Assembly (NCBI GenBank): GCA_944391425.1
Contig: CALXTO010000001.1
Location: 75,066 to 139,065 of the forward strand
DNA length: 64,000 nt
Direction: 5' to 3'
DNA from: an uncultured Alphaproteobacteria bacterium
GTDB taxonomy: Bacteria > Pseudomonadota > Alphaproteobacteria > RF32 > CAG-239
The position numbers were made by a program, and so were the translations under genes. Under the pieces are notes generated by a model that saw nothing but the letters and a program-made list of their open reading frames with translations, searched no databases and was not told where the DNA came from. Shown here one piece after another: positions 28,287 through 38,531 of this stretch (positions are counted from its first letter, which is position 1; each line of letters opens with the position of its first letter).

Positions 28287-28607
28287 TTATTTTTCCGCTA
28301 CCGGAGCTTCAGGAACCGCCGGAACTTGATCCGTTTGAACGGGGGCAGCTTCCAAAATGGAACCGGACTGACGATGGACGCCTTTATAATACAGGGAAAG
28401 CGAAATGCAGGTAACAAACAGCATTACCGCCAAAACGGCCGTGGTGCGGGTCAAAAAATTGCCGGTGCCGCGCGCCGTCAAAAAATTTGAAGCGCCGGAA
28501 CCGCCACCCAAACCATCCAGAGCACCGCCGCTGGAACGTTGCAATAAAATAACGGCCACCAGAAAAATGCAGACCAACAAGTGTATTACCAATAAAACTG
28601 TTCCCAT
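28287..28607 (-). CDS. secG: preprotein translocase subunit SecG
   Basis: 106 aa with two TM helices and a Gly-rich loop (LLQRSSGGALDGLGGGSG), in tpiA-secG order. Confidence 0.85.
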   Translation of the reverse strand: MGTVLLVIHLLVCIFLVAVILLQRSSGGALDGLGGGSGASNFLTARGTGNFLTRTTAVLAVMLFVTCISLSLYYKGVHRQSGSILEAAPVQTDQVPAVPEAPVAEK

Positions 28608-28633
28608 AGCTTATTTTTCCTTATTTATTATCG

Positions 28634-29395
28634 TTAGCAACCGGAATTTCTGGCAATGCCGAGAAAATCATCAACTTTGAGGCTGGCACCCCCGACCAGA
28701 GCACCATCAACATCGGGCAGAGACAACAATTCCTTGGCGTTTCCGGGTTTGACCGATCCGCCGTATAAAATGCGCATTTTATTGGCATTGCTCTTGCCGA
28801 GTTTTTTGGACAAGACTTTGCGGACAGCGGCATGAACCTCTTCTACGTCCGCAGCGGTCGGAACTTTTCCGGTGCCGATGGCCCAAACAGGCTCATAAGC
28901 GATGACGGTGTCAGCAGATGTGGAATCTTCCGGAACGGAACCCATAATCTGGCGGCTGCAGACATCAATCGCTTTGCCGTCATTGCGCTGCTCCAGAGTT
29001 TCGCCGATGCAAATAACGGTTTTTAAGCCGGCCGCATGAGCGGCAGCAGCCTTTTTGCAAACCAGTTCGTCCGACTCGCCATGATCGGCACGGCGTTCGG
29101 AATGTCCTAAAATTACATAAGAGCAGCCGGCATCTTTAAGCATCAGCGGGCTGATATCTCCGGTATGGGCGCCCTTGGCATTAAAATGGCAATCTTGCGC
29201 ACCCAACGCGACCTTGGCGCCGCGAAGCGCCTTTTTGACCGAAGTCAGAAGCGTAAACGGCGGACAAACCAGAAACTCGCATCCGGGCTTGCCCAAAGCT
29301 TTCACTTCCCGGGCAATGCCTTTTGCCAAATCAACGCCGTCGGCCATCAAGCCGTTCATTTTCCAATTGCCTGCAATCAGTTTTTTTCTAGCCAT
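28634..29395 (-). CDS. tpiA: triosephosphate isomerase
   Basis: MARKKLIAGNWKMNG start, GHSERR and AYEPVWAIGTG. The ORF-track start at 29461 is a 22-codon upstream extension. Confidence 0.95.
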   Translation of the reverse strand: MARKKLIAGNWKMNGLMADGVDLAKGIAREVKALGKPGCEFLVCPPFTLLTSVKKALRGAKVALGAQDCHFNAKGAHTGDISPLMLKDAGCSYVILGHSERRADHGESDELVCKKAAAAHAAGLKTVICIGETLEQRNDGKAIDVCSRQIMGSVPEDSTSADTVIAYEPVWAIGTGKVPTAADVEEVHAAVRKVLSKKLGKSNANKMRILYGGSVKPGNAKELLSLPDVDGALVGGASLKVDDFLGIARNSGC

Positions 29396-29540
29396 CGCTG
29401 TATCCTCTGTTATCAAATCTTGTTTTTTTCTAGCACAATCGAAAAAACTTTTCAACATCAATATTTATAAGTTGTATAAATTATCAATATTGATATATAA
29501 TCGCGCCAGATGTTTGTTTTATAATAGGAATGCAATTGCG

Positions 29541-31421
29541 ATGATTACAAAAATAAGAAGTCTTCAAGACTCGTGGTTTGTTAAAGGTGTCCTTATCCTT
29601 ACAGCTTTAAGCTTTATGTCTTTGTTTGGAATTTCGGGATATATCGGCCGCTCGGGAGCCAACTCGGAAGTCATCCGGGTGGGCGACGAGGTTGTATATC
29701 AGGACGAAATCAACCAGCAATACGAACAGCAGCTGCAAATGACAAAAAACCTGTTCGGCGAAGATTTTGAGATCAGCGATGAAATGCGTACGGCTATTCT
29801 GCAAGGCATTGTCCAGAAAGATTTGGTCAACGCCATTATTAAAGAAACGGCCGGAGATTTCGGAATCAGCATCGGAAACGATCTGATTCGCAAAATCATT
29901 TATTCGCAGGCCGAATTTATGGACGCCAATGGCAATTTCAGCCTTGAAAAAATGCGCCGTATGCTCAGTTTGTCCGGTTGGAGCGAACAACGTTACATTG
30001 AAGCTTTGCGCATGGATATCCTCAAACAGCACCTGTTGTCAAACCCTGTTGAAAATCTTAACGTTCCCAAGTTTTTGAACAAATATCTCAATCAGCTTGA
30101 AAACCAGAAAAAAGTTTTCAAATATGTTGTAGTTAACCCGGCATCCATGAATGTGGATCGCAAAATTTCCGAAGAGGAGTTGCAGCAGTATTATGACGAT
30201 TTTGCCCCGCAGTTTGAAGAGCCGGAAAAACGAGACCTCTCCTTCATCCGGCTGTCCCTGGAAAAGCTCGCATCAGGATTTACGCCTTCTGATGAAGAGA
30301 TAAAAGCCTATTATCAGGACAATATCTCTCAATATGTCATTCCGGAAAAACGTCATGTCCTGCAGATGGTTTTTGACCGTCAGGAAGACGCGGACAAAGC
30401 CATGGCAGCTTTAAATGCCGGCGGAGATTTTTATAACGTTGCCCGGGATATCGCCAAACAAAGCCGGGAAGACACCGACTTCGGCGAAGTTTCCAAAGAT
30501 ATGCTTATTGCCGATATCAGCGATGCCGTATTTGACTTGAAAAAAGGCGAAACGGCCGGTCCCGTTAAGTCAGAACTGGGATGGCATATCATGAAAGTAA
30601 CGGCAATCATTCCGCAGAAGGAAACAAAACTAAACAGTGCCAAAACGCAGATTATCGACACCATCCGTCAGGAAAGAGCTTATGACGAAGCAGCCGAGGT
30701 TATCGCCGAAATTGAAGACAAACTCGGCGGCGGTGCCACTCTGGATGAGGTTGCTTCGGAATACGGCGTTAAAATCCATAAGATAACCGGTTTCGGAGAA
30801 GACGGGCAAGCGGCTCAAATCGCCTCTTCTTTCAAAAAGACCGCTGCTTCGGCAGATTTTATCGATACGGCTTTTTCTTACAACAGCGGCGAAGTCAGCC
30901 AGGTTTTGGAAGAAGATGACGGTTTTTACATCATCAGGGTTGATGCCATTCATGACGCCCATTTGAAAGATATGGATGAAGTCCGGCCGCAAATCCAAAA
31001 ACTATGGGCTGACAGCGAGAAAAATGCCATCGCACAGGAAATCGTCAACGATGTGATGCATGATCTTGAAAACGGAGACGGCATTGAAAGCGCCGCTCGC
31101 CGTTTTAACCTGTCCCTGAAAACAACGCTGCCTCTGAAAAAAGACGGTTCGTTTGCAGGCCTTTCTCCGCAACAGATGAAAGAAATGTTTCAGGAACGCT
31201 CAGGAATGCCCAAACTGGTTAATCAAGGCGGCAATATGATCATTGCCGTTCCGGTCAGGACTATTCGTGCGGACGCAAATATTTCGGCTGAAGAAACGGA
31301 AGCTCTTCGCTCACAAATGCAATCCGACATGGCACAGGTAACAGCCAACGAACTGGCAGACGCCTACGCTTCCAATCACGACGTTAAAATAGAATACAAA
31401 CAATTGGGATTGGCTGATTAA
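29541..31421 (+). CDS. PpiD/SurA-like membrane-anchored peptidyl-prolyl isomerase (parvulin domain)
   Basis: Start at MITKIRSLQDSWFVKGVLILTALSF (N-terminal TM anchor), with a parvulin block GETAGPVKSELGWHIMKV. The ORF-track start at 29175 runs antisense through tpiA. Confidence 0.8.
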   Translation: MITKIRSLQDSWFVKGVLILTALSFMSLFGISGYIGRSGANSEVIRVGDEVVYQDEINQQYEQQLQMTKNLFGEDFEISDEMRTAILQGIVQKDLVNAIIKETAGDFGISIGNDLIRKIIYSQAEFMDANGNFSLEKMRRMLSLSGWSEQRYIEALRMDILKQHLLSNPVENLNVPKFLNKYLNQLENQKKVFKYVVVNPASMNVDRKISEEELQQYYDDFAPQFEEPEKRDLSFIRLSLEKLASGFTPSDEEIKAYYQDNISQYVIPEKRHVLQMVFDRQEDADKAMAALNAGGDFYNVARDIAKQSREDTDFGEVSKDMLIADISDAVFDLKKGETAGPVKSELGWHIMKVTAIIPQKETKLNSAKTQIIDTIRQERAYDEAAEVIAEIEDKLGGGATLDEVASEYGVKIHKITGFGEDGQAAQIASSFKKTAASADFIDTAFSYNSGEVSQVLEEDDGFYIIRVDAIHDAHLKDMDEVRPQIQKLWADSEKNAIAQEIVNDVMHDLENGDGIESAARRFNLSLKTTLPLKKDGSFAGLSPQQMKEMFQERSGMPKLVNQGGNMIIAVPVRTIRADANISAEETEALRSQMQSDMAQVTANELADAYASNHDVKIEYKQLGLAD

Positions 31422-31425
31422 GCAG

Positions 31426-31452
31426 AAAAGGCGCCAGGCGGCGCCTTTTCTT
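31426..31452 (+). terminator. intrinsic terminator
   Basis: AAAGGCGCC-aggc-GGCGCCTTTT. Confidence 0.8.
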
Positions 31453-31624
31453 ATTCCTGTAAACAGATATAACCATATGTTTTTATACTGCATATGCCGC
31501 AACTTCGGCATGCAATATTTTCAAGCGCAGCATAAAGGCTGTTTTTATTGTTGATATTTTGAAAAATAGGGTTAAAATCGGGACACTTGCTTCTTATTGT
31601 TTCTATAATTTAAAAACACGAACC

Positions 31625-31954
31625 ATGGCACACAATGAAATCTTTATCGTTGTTTTGGCGGTGCTGCTGATTGTTTCAGTATTCGGGTTTAAGCAGCTTA
31701 TTTTTTTGTTCGGCTACGCACGATATCTGCTTTTGCCCCCCGTCCAGAGGTCTCCTTTTGTCTGGAGACTGTACCGAGTTTTTTACCGCAGGAAAAACCA
31801 CTGCGGCTATTTCAAACTTCTCCTGTTGCAGGCCTATTTATCGGCTCATTGCGACTGGTGCCAGAAAAGCGGCATGCCTTTTGCGGAGCGCCAGCTTTGG
31901 ATATACCGCCTTACGGATGTATGCATTGCTCTGGAGAAATATGAAAACTCTTAA
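31625..31954 (+). CDS. hypothetical membrane protein
   Basis: The ORF has a hydrophobic N-terminus (MAHNEIFIVVLAVLLIVSVFGF). It has no known motif and is followed by a terminator. The start is uncertain (track: 31559). Confidence 0.35.
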   Translation: MAHNEIFIVVLAVLLIVSVFGFKQLIFLFGYARYLLLPPVQRSPFVWRLYRVFYRRKNHCGYFKLLLLQAYLSAHCDWCQKSGMPFAERQLWIYRLTDVCIALEKYENS

Positions 31955-31957
31955 ATC

Positions 31958-31997
31958 AATCCCCTTTAATCGTTGATTAAAGGGGATTTCGTTTTTT
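31958..31997 (+). terminator. intrinsic terminator
   Basis: AATCCCCTTTAATC-gtt-GATTAAAGGGGATT followed by TCGTTTTTT. Confidence 0.8.
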
Positions 31998-32586
31998 ATT
32001 CCGTAAATTCGTATAAGCCCGCGGCATTCAGATCAGAACCTATGCCGGCCGCCTGCCCCAACGGATAATAATTAAAGTACAAGCTCAACAGTACCAGAGC
32101 CGCAACCGGAACAAATACCTTTTCGAAAGGAAAGTGGGCGTGTCCGCCGTTGCGGGCTTTCATCCAATCATAAAATTTGGAAGCGTATATGAAGACCAAA
32201 GCTCCGAGGACAGTGCTGAAAAGCAGCGGATCAAGATAAAAAATGCCGATAACTTTGGGGCTATACACAATTTCCGAAATATACATAAAGCCGATCATGC
32301 CGACGGAAATGACCATCAGCAGCAGGTTGCGCCCCGGGAAATTCCAGTTTTTCTTCTGAAACCACAAAATCAACCAGTAACCGAGCAGCGCCAAAAGAGC
32401 TCCAGCCCACACACCGACGATGCTGTCGTCAACGCCGTATCGGCGGGCAATTTCCAAAGAAGCGCCTATTGCAACCGTACAAACGGGACAAGCCGGATTG
32501 GCAGCCGCTTTTCCCGCAAAAGCCAAGACAATAAGCAAACTTAAGATAACAGCCATTTGTTTTTCCTTTCTTTTAATTTTTTTCAT
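31996..32586 (-). CDS. hypothetical polytopic membrane protein with CPVC motif
   Basis: Signal-like N-terminus, a CPVC motif, then 4-5 hydrophobic helices. The start is ambiguous (32613, 32586 or 32556). Confidence 0.5.
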   Translation of the reverse strand: MKKIKRKEKQMAVILSLLIVLAFAGKAAANPACPVCTVAIGASLEIARRYGVDDSIVGVWAGALLALLGYWLILWFQKKNWNFPGRNLLLMVISVGMIGFMYISEIVYSPKVIGIFYLDPLLFSTVLGALVFIYASKFYDWMKARNGGHAHFPFEKVFVPVAALVLLSLYFNYYPLGQAAGIGSDLNAAGLYEFTE

Positions 32587-32669
32587 TAAATTATAAACCT
32601 GTTTAAATAGCAATCTTTTTTTGTTGCTTATTTACATGTTGTATAGTAGTTTGCCAAGGGGTTGATGTT

Positions 32670-33695
32670 ATGAAAAAATTAATCGAAAAGGCAAAATCCG
32701 AACATAATCTGAATCAGGAAGAGTTGCTTGCCCTGCTGAAAAGCAACGACTGCAACGAACAGCTGTTTCAAGCTGCCGATGACGTGCGACGGCAATTTGT
32801 CGGTGATGAAGTGCATCTGCGCGCCTTAATCGAATTTTCCAATATTTGCAAAAACAATTGCTGCTATTGCGGCCTGCGCCGGGACAATAAAAATATTGAA
32901 CGTTATCGTATCGATGAAGAAACCATTTTCCAACTGGCGGAACATGCGGTACGGAATATGGGGCTGAAGACCATTGTTTTGCAGTCCGGTGAAGATATGT
33001 TTTTTACAACGGACAAGTTATGCCGTATCATTCGCAGGATTAAAACTTTGGATACTGCCCTCACCCTGTCCATCGGCGAGAAAAGCCTTGAGGAATACGA
33101 GGCTTACCGCCAGGCCGGAGCCGACAGGTTTCTTTTGAGGATTGAAACGACAGACCGCCGGCTGTATGAAGAACTTGATCCGGGCATGAGCTGGAAAAAA
33201 AGAGCAGAATGCTTGAAAAATATCGGATTATCAGGCTTGGAAACCGGGTCCGGCTGTCTGGTCGGACTTCCGGGACAAACTGTGGAAAGCTATGCCGACG
33301 ATATTTTGTTTTTCAAACAAATCAAGGCCGACATGATCGGAATCGGACCTTTTATCCCTCATAAAGATACGCCGCTTAAAGATGCCGCGGGCGGAACTCT
33401 GACAATGGCTTTGAAAGTCATGGCTCTTACGCGTCTGCTGCTGCCGGATATTAATATTCCGGCAACGACGGCGATGGAAACGCTGGAGGCCGACGGACAG
33501 GTAAAAGCCTTGCAAGCCGGTGCAAACGTTATTATGCCCAATGTTACCTTAACGCAATATCGTAAACATTACGAATTATACCCGGGAAAATCCGCAACGA
33601 ATTATACGCCGGATGAGAGCCTGTGTAAAGTGAAGGAAAAAATTGCCGCTATCGGGCGAAGTGTTGGTCAAGGATACGGTTCGCACCGGCATTGA
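32670..33695 (+). CDS. hydE: [FeFe]-hydrogenase H-cluster radical SAM maturase HydE-like protein
   Basis: 341 aa. It has the radical-SAM motif CKNNCCYCGLR preceded by HLRALIEFSN, and LQSGED. The overall layout is HydE/BioB-like. No hydF, hydG or hydA lies in the window. Confidence 0.7.
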   Translation: MKKLIEKAKSEHNLNQEELLALLKSNDCNEQLFQAADDVRRQFVGDEVHLRALIEFSNICKNNCCYCGLRRDNKNIERYRIDEETIFQLAEHAVRNMGLKTIVLQSGEDMFFTTDKLCRIIRRIKTLDTALTLSIGEKSLEEYEAYRQAGADRFLLRIETTDRRLYEELDPGMSWKKRAECLKNIGLSGLETGSGCLVGLPGQTVESYADDILFFKQIKADMIGIGPFIPHKDTPLKDAAGGTLTMALKVMALTRLLLPDINIPATTAMETLEADGQVKALQAGANVIMPNVTLTQYRKHYELYPGKSATNYTPDESLCKVKEKIAAIGRSVGQGYGSHRH

Positions 33696-33716
33696 TGAGG
33701 TTTTACATTGTCATAA

Positions 33717-33749
33717 GAGAACAGAAAATTGTTTCTGCTCTCTTTTTTT
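33717..33749 (+). terminator. intrinsic terminator of hydE
   Basis: GAGAACAGAAA-attg-TTTCTGCTCTC plus TTTTTTT. Confidence 0.75.
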
Positions 33750-33802
33750 GTTGAAGATTAGTTTTTTCGGGTGTAGATAATTCTGCGGTAAAAAATTTAA
33801 AG

Positions 33803-35188
33803 ATGGTGTTGAAGAAAATGAGCTATGTCGAAAGAATTTACAGATGTTTGCAAGAAATCCTGAAACTTACGCTGCCAATTACCACCGCCTTTGTGGCCAT
33901 GGGCTTGATGGGAATTGTCGATACAATCATCGTCGGGCATTATCAGACCGACCAGCTTGCCTACATCGGCCTGGCCAATTCTATTTTCATGGTTTTGTTT
34001 ACCATTCCGATTGCTCTGCTGCAAGGCGTTTTGATTAAATCCTCACAGAAGTTCGGCGCCCGCAAGTTTGCCTCCTGCGGTAAAATTTATAATGAAGGAC
34101 GTAAATATCTGGTGGTTTTGGCCGTCCTTTTCACACTGCCCGGCCTGTTTGGCGAATCCATCCTGCGCCTGCTGGGGCAAGATCCGGTCATGGCGCAAAA
34201 TGCCGGAGAAGTTTTGCGCATTTTTGTGTTTTCCATACCTTTCATTCTGGTTTACGTTAATTCCAATTTCTTTTTGCAGTCAATCAAACGCCCGTATGTC
34301 GGTATGTACGGTATTTTGGCTGCCAATGTTCTTAATCTGATGATTAACCCGGTACTGGTTTACGGCCTGTTGAATTTTCCGGAAATGGGCGCCTGCGGTT
34401 CGGCAACCTCCACACTGATTGTGCGCATCTTTTTGGCTGTTTATATCCAATATTACATTTACCGTATGAAACGCAATCCCAAGCTTAACCATCGTTTCGG
34501 CCTTGACCGCAGCTATGATACCTGGTGGAATGACAGCCGCACGACACGCAAAATCGGCTTCGGCATTGCCATTACAACCGTGGCAACTAACGGTTCTTTT
34601 TCCATTGTCAGCACTTTTGCCGGCTGGATGGGCGCACATACCATGGCGATGTATGTTATTATGCTAAACGTAATCGGTATGATGTTTATGATTTGTTTTT
34701 CGATTGCGCAATCTACCTCAATTGTCGTTGCCAATAACTTCGGGAAACGCAGTCGCGAAGGTATTATTGCTTCTACCATTGCCGGATATCTGATTTCTTT
34801 TGTCGTTATTCTGGTTTTATCGGTTGCCGTTGCGTTGTTTCCGACTCAAGTATTTGGTATTTTTACCAGCGACGAAACTTTGATCTCGGCAATCAACGCC
34901 ATTTTGGGCTATGTTTTGCTGTACATCGTTTTGGATACGGTTCCGTTGGGAATTTACGGCGCTCTGAACGGCCGAGGTGATGTTAAAATTCCGACGATTA
35001 ACCAAGTTATTTCCTTTTTGGGCGTCAGCATTTCAACCTGTTATATGCTGGCCTTTGGTTATGATCTTGGCATCCGCGGCCTGCTGCTAGGGATGTCCTG
35101 CGGCGGTTTTACATCTTTAGTTTTAAATACGAGCCGTTTTTTGTATTTACGGCGACAAGATTTAAAATACGGACTTCCGGCTAAATAA
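33803..35188 (+). CDS. MATE family efflux transporter
   Basis: 461 aa with about 12 TM helices and a typical MATE N-terminus (LKLTLPITTAFVAMGLMGIVDTIIVGH). Confidence 0.9.
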   Translation: MVLKKMSYVERIYRCLQEILKLTLPITTAFVAMGLMGIVDTIIVGHYQTDQLAYIGLANSIFMVLFTIPIALLQGVLIKSSQKFGARKFASCGKIYNEGRKYLVVLAVLFTLPGLFGESILRLLGQDPVMAQNAGEVLRIFVFSIPFILVYVNSNFFLQSIKRPYVGMYGILAANVLNLMINPVLVYGLLNFPEMGACGSATSTLIVRIFLAVYIQYYIYRMKRNPKLNHRFGLDRSYDTWWNDSRTTRKIGFGIAITTVATNGSFSIVSTFAGWMGAHTMAMYVIMLNVIGMMFMICFSIAQSTSIVVANNFGKRSREGIIASTIAGYLISFVVILVLSVAVALFPTQVFGIFTSDETLISAINAILGYVLLYIVLDTVPLGIYGALNGRGDVKIPTINQVISFLGVSISTCYMLAFGYDLGIRGLLLGMSCGGFTSLVLNTSRFLYLRRQDLKYGLPAK

Positions 35189-35196
35189 CGGATATG

Positions 35197-35224
35197 AAAA
35201 AGCCCCTTTTCAAAGGGGCTTTTA
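35197..35224. terminator. bidirectional intrinsic terminator
   Basis: AAAAGCCCCTTT-tca-AAAGGGGCTTTT, between the convergent MATE gene and proS. Confidence 0.85.
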
Positions 35225-35225
35225 A

Positions 35226-36743
35226 TTAATAGCTGCGGGCGTAAATTACATCCGTTACCGCCGGTTTTCCGGTCAGCAGGCAGATGCCTTCGCTTCCGCT
35301 TTGGTCAAACGGGATGCAACGGATTGTAATTTTCATGGCTTTGAGTAGTTCTTCGCTTTCAGGATCGCCGCTCCATTTGCCGCGGACAAAAGCTACTTTT
35401 CCCGACTGTCCGTCTTCAATCCATTCATTGGATTGGGTAAAATACGCCTTAAATGCTTCCGGCGTGACAATATCGGTACGAATATTTTGTGCCAAACGTT
35501 CTTGAGCGCGGGTAAACATTTCATGCTGAATTTTTTCCAAACGCTGCGCCAAAGAAGAAACAAACTCATCACAATCGGCAATTTCCTTGGCATTCGGCGT
35601 ATTGATTTTCAAACGTTCTTTAACCATAACTTTGTTTTCAGCCACATCGCGCGGGCCGATTTCGCAAATAACCGGCGCCCCTTTGCGGGTCCATTCCCAA
35701 AACTTATCAACGCTCTTGCGATCGCGACGATCAACTTTCAGCCGGATTTTTTCACCGAAAGGCATCTGCGTTTTGGCGGCATTGACGAGCCGGCCGATGT
35801 AATCCATGACAGACGCTTCATCTTCCGGCTTTTTGATAACAGGAACGATGACAACCTGATAAGGCGCAATCCGCGGCGGCACGACCATGCCTTCATCATC
35901 GGCATGCGTCATGATTACGCCGCCGATCAGCCGCGTTGAAACGCCCCATGACGTCGTATAGGCGTATTCGGGCTGGTTGTTTTTGTTTACAAAGGAAATA
36001 TTAGCCGATTTGGCAAAATTCTGCCCCAGAAAATGTGAAGTTCCGGCCTGCAGGGCTTTGCCGTCCTGCATCATGGCTTCAACGCAATAGGTGTCAACCG
36101 CACCGGGAAACTTTTCGTGCTCCGGTTTACGCCCCATTAAAACGGGCATAGCCAAAGTATCTTCGCACAACTCGCGATAAGCTTCCAACGCCCATTTGGT
36201 TTCTGCTTCGGCTTCTTCCGGTGTTGAGTGAGCTGTATGCCCCTCCTGCCACAGAAATTCGCGAGTACGCAGGAACAAACGCGGACGCATCTCCCAGCGC
36301 ACGACGTTGGCCCACTGATTGATCAGCACCGGCAGATCGCGGTAAGATTTGACCCATTTGGAAAACGAATCGGCAATAATCGCTTCTGACGTCGGCCGGA
36401 CAATCAAAGGTTCCTCAAGCTTGGAATCCGGTGCCAGACGACCTTCTTTCATTGACAGGCGCGAGTGGGTAACGACGGCCATTTCTTTGGCAAAACCGTC
36501 AACATGCTCGGCTTCCTTTTGAAAAAACGACAAAGGAATAAACATGGGAAAATAACAATTTTCGTGTTCGGCGGATTTGATTTTTTCATCAAAGACATCA
36601 CGGATGCGCTCCCAAATGCCGTAGCCCCACGGTTTGATGACCATGCAACCCGGCGAAGAAGAATTTTCCGCCATATCCGCTTCAGAAATCACGCATTGGT
36701 ACCATTCGGGGTAATTTTCTTTTCTTGTTTTTTTCAGTGCCAT
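35226..36743 (-). CDS. proS: proline--tRNA ligase, archaeal/eukaryote-like type
   Basis: N-terminus MALKKTRKENYPEWYQCVISEADMAENSSSPGCMVIKPWGYGIWERI, class II motifs, and a C-terminal extension ending ...IYARSY (terminal Tyr). Confidence 0.95.
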   Translation of the reverse strand: MALKKTRKENYPEWYQCVISEADMAENSSSPGCMVIKPWGYGIWERIRDVFDEKIKSAEHENCYFPMFIPLSFFQKEAEHVDGFAKEMAVVTHSRLSMKEGRLAPDSKLEEPLIVRPTSEAIIADSFSKWVKSYRDLPVLINQWANVVRWEMRPRLFLRTREFLWQEGHTAHSTPEEAEAETKWALEAYRELCEDTLAMPVLMGRKPEHEKFPGAVDTYCVEAMMQDGKALQAGTSHFLGQNFAKSANISFVNKNNQPEYAYTTSWGVSTRLIGGVIMTHADDEGMVVPPRIAPYQVVIVPVIKKPEDEASVMDYIGRLVNAAKTQMPFGEKIRLKVDRRDRKSVDKFWEWTRKGAPVICEIGPRDVAENKVMVKERLKINTPNAKEIADCDEFVSSLAQRLEKIQHEMFTRAQERLAQNIRTDIVTPEAFKAYFTQSNEWIEDGQSGKVAFVRGKWSGDPESEELLKAMKITIRCIPFDQSGSEGICLLTGKPAVTDVIYARSY

Positions 36744-36913
36744 AATTTTATTCCTTTTCATAACGTAATGAAATATCCGCGAGCCCCATTGCCGCGGATG
36801 CAGGCGTTAATCTAGCAGAATAAAATCAATTTGAAAAGACTTTTTTATACCTTAAAAATCCGGCCGGAATCTCTTTTCCGACCGGGTATACAGCAAAATG
36901 AACAAAATTCACA

Positions 36914-37411
36914 TTATCCGATTTTATTGACTTTCTTGACAGCTTTACGATTTGCCTTGTCTTTCAGCATCTGAGGGATTTCATATTCCTGACGCTCCTG
37001 CATCTGCCGGTTACGCAACTCCTGGCGCTCGTTCAGCTGTTTGATGGCAAGATCGCGATTTTCAGTAGCCTGTTTGACCAAGATGGCCTTTTGTTTGTCG
37101 GAAAAAGAAGATTTGCTGATCTTATTCAGCGCCTTCTGATAATCTTCCTGATATTCGGCGATCTGCTCGTCTATAAGTTTTTTATGCTTCTTTTGGCAGT
37201 CCTTTTTGTCTTTACATTCGTGTTTATGCTTTTTGGAAGATTTACGATAACTGTCTGATGCCTCTGAAGACGAAACGTTTTCCTCGGCCATGTTGACGAC
37301 TTTTACATCATGGGAAGTCGTATTGCGGCGCTGAGCCTGTGCCGAAACGCCTGTAAACATTGCCGCACAAAACAATAACAAGGCAGCAAGCGGATAATTT
37401 ATTTTTCTCAT
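36914..37411 (-). CDS. hypothetical secreted Lys/Gln-rich helical protein
   Basis: Signal peptide (MRKINYPLAALLLFCAAMFTGVSAQA), then charged, low-complexity helical sequence. Confidence 0.5.
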   Translation of the reverse strand: MRKINYPLAALLLFCAAMFTGVSAQAQRRNTTSHDVKVVNMAEENVSSSEASDSYRKSSKKHKHECKDKKDCQKKHKKLIDEQIAEYQEDYQKALNKISKSSFSDKQKAILVKQATENRDLAIKQLNERQELRNRQMQERQEYEIPQMLKDKANRKAVKKVNKIG

Positions 37412-37499
37412 CTTTAACCCTTTCAAAAGACTATACGACATCGAATCAGATAATCATCAAAAAAACGTTTGCAAGCTCGGGCAAATATAAATTTTAGTT

Positions 37500-37701
37500 A
37501 AAATAGCTTGCAAACTAAAATAGTTGGACTACACTTAAATGGTAACTAACCTTCGTGGTCTAAAAGCGAATACTTTGAATAACAAAAACAAAACAAGTCT
37601 TCTGCCGCCGATACGATTGTTATGTTAGGGCAGAGTCAGGCCTTGCATAAGGATACACAAAGCTCATTTGTTTTAATTTGCTTATTTAAAGGATTTTGAA
37701 A
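37500..37701 (+). promoter_or_regulatory. long 5' leader of the cold-shock gene (possible CspA-type thermosensing UTR)
   Basis: A non-coding gap of about 290 nt lies upstream of csp, with TTGCAA -35-like hexamers at about 37470 and 37508. The boundaries are not determined. Confidence 0.3.
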
Positions 37702-37905
37702 ATGGCAACAGGAACAGTTAAATGGTTTAACAAAAGAAAAGGCTATGGTTTTATTACCCCGGATGAAGGCGGCGCAGACGTGTTCGTTCACATTTCAGCC
37801 GTGCAAAAAGCCGGTTTGCGTTCTCTGGACGAAGGCATGAAGATAGAATATGAACTGCTGGCGGAAAGAGGCAAGACTGTGGCCGGCAATCTTAAAGTGG
37901 CTTAA
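37702..37905 (+). CDS. cspA: cold-shock protein (CspA family)
   Basis: MATGTVKWFNKRKGYGFITPDEGGADVFVH (RNP1/RNP2 motifs), 67 aa from the ATG at 37702. Confidence 0.95.
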   Translation: MATGTVKWFNKRKGYGFITPDEGGADVFVHISAVQKAGLRSLDEGMKIEYELLAERGKTVAGNLKVA

Positions 37906-37916
37906 AGCCAGCGTAA

Positions 37917-37950
37917 CAAAAAACCTCAGTTCTTCAACTGAGGTTTTTTG
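37917..37950. terminator. bidirectional intrinsic terminator
   Basis: AAAAAACCTCAGT-tcttca-ACTGAGGTTTTTT, between csp (+) and rubrerythrin (-). Confidence 0.85.
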
Positions 37951-37966
37951 TTAAACATTACGAAAC

Positions 37967-38506
37967 TTAAAACTGTTCCTGCAATTCAAAGAAATAAGCC
38001 TGCGGATGATCGCAAACCGGACATTTTTCCGGAGCCATCGGTGATTCAACCCGGTGTCCGCAATTGGCACACTCCCAAATTACCTTGGTCGGACGGTTGA
38101 AAATTTTGCCTTCCATCAGGGAATTGAGCAAAGCCTGATACCTTTCTTCATGCCCCTTTTCAATTTTGCCGACGGCTTCAAACAGAAAAGCGATTTTATC
38201 AAAACCTTCTTCTCTGGCTTCTTTGGCCATGCGGGCATACATGTCCGTCCACTCGTAATTCTCGCCGGCTGCGGCATCTTTCAGATTTTCAAGAGTGGAA
38301 GGAACAGCACCGCCGTGCAAAAGTTTGAACCAGATTTTGGCATGTTCTTTTTCATTGTTGGCCGTCTGTTCAAATTTGTCGGCAATAATGTTATAGCCTT
38401 CTTTTTTAGCTTTGGAAGCATAATAGGTGTATTTGTTGCGAGCCTGAGATTCGCCGGCAAAGGCTTCCATAAGGTTTTTTTCAGTTTTTGAACCTTTAAG
38501 TTCCAT
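37967..38506 (-). CDS. rbr: rubrerythrin
   Basis: Diiron ExxH motifs ([18 protein letters not shown]) and a C-terminal rubredoxin-like CANCG...CPVC. Confidence 0.95.
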   Translation of the reverse strand: MELKGSKTEKNLMEAFAGESQARNKYTYYASKAKKEGYNIIADKFEQTANNEKEHAKIWFKLLHGGAVPSTLENLKDAAAGENYEWTDMYARMAKEAREEGFDKIAFLFEAVGKIEKGHEERYQALLNSLMEGKIFNRPTKVIWECANCGHRVESPMAPEKCPVCDHPQAYFFELQEQF

Positions 38507-38531
38507 AGTACAACTCCTAAAATAAAGTTTG

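Noticed and set aside
29175-29540. N-terminal 122-codon extension of the PpiD-like ORF
   Set aside because: It overlaps tpiA in antisense. The true start is at 29541, where the TM-anchor sequence begins.
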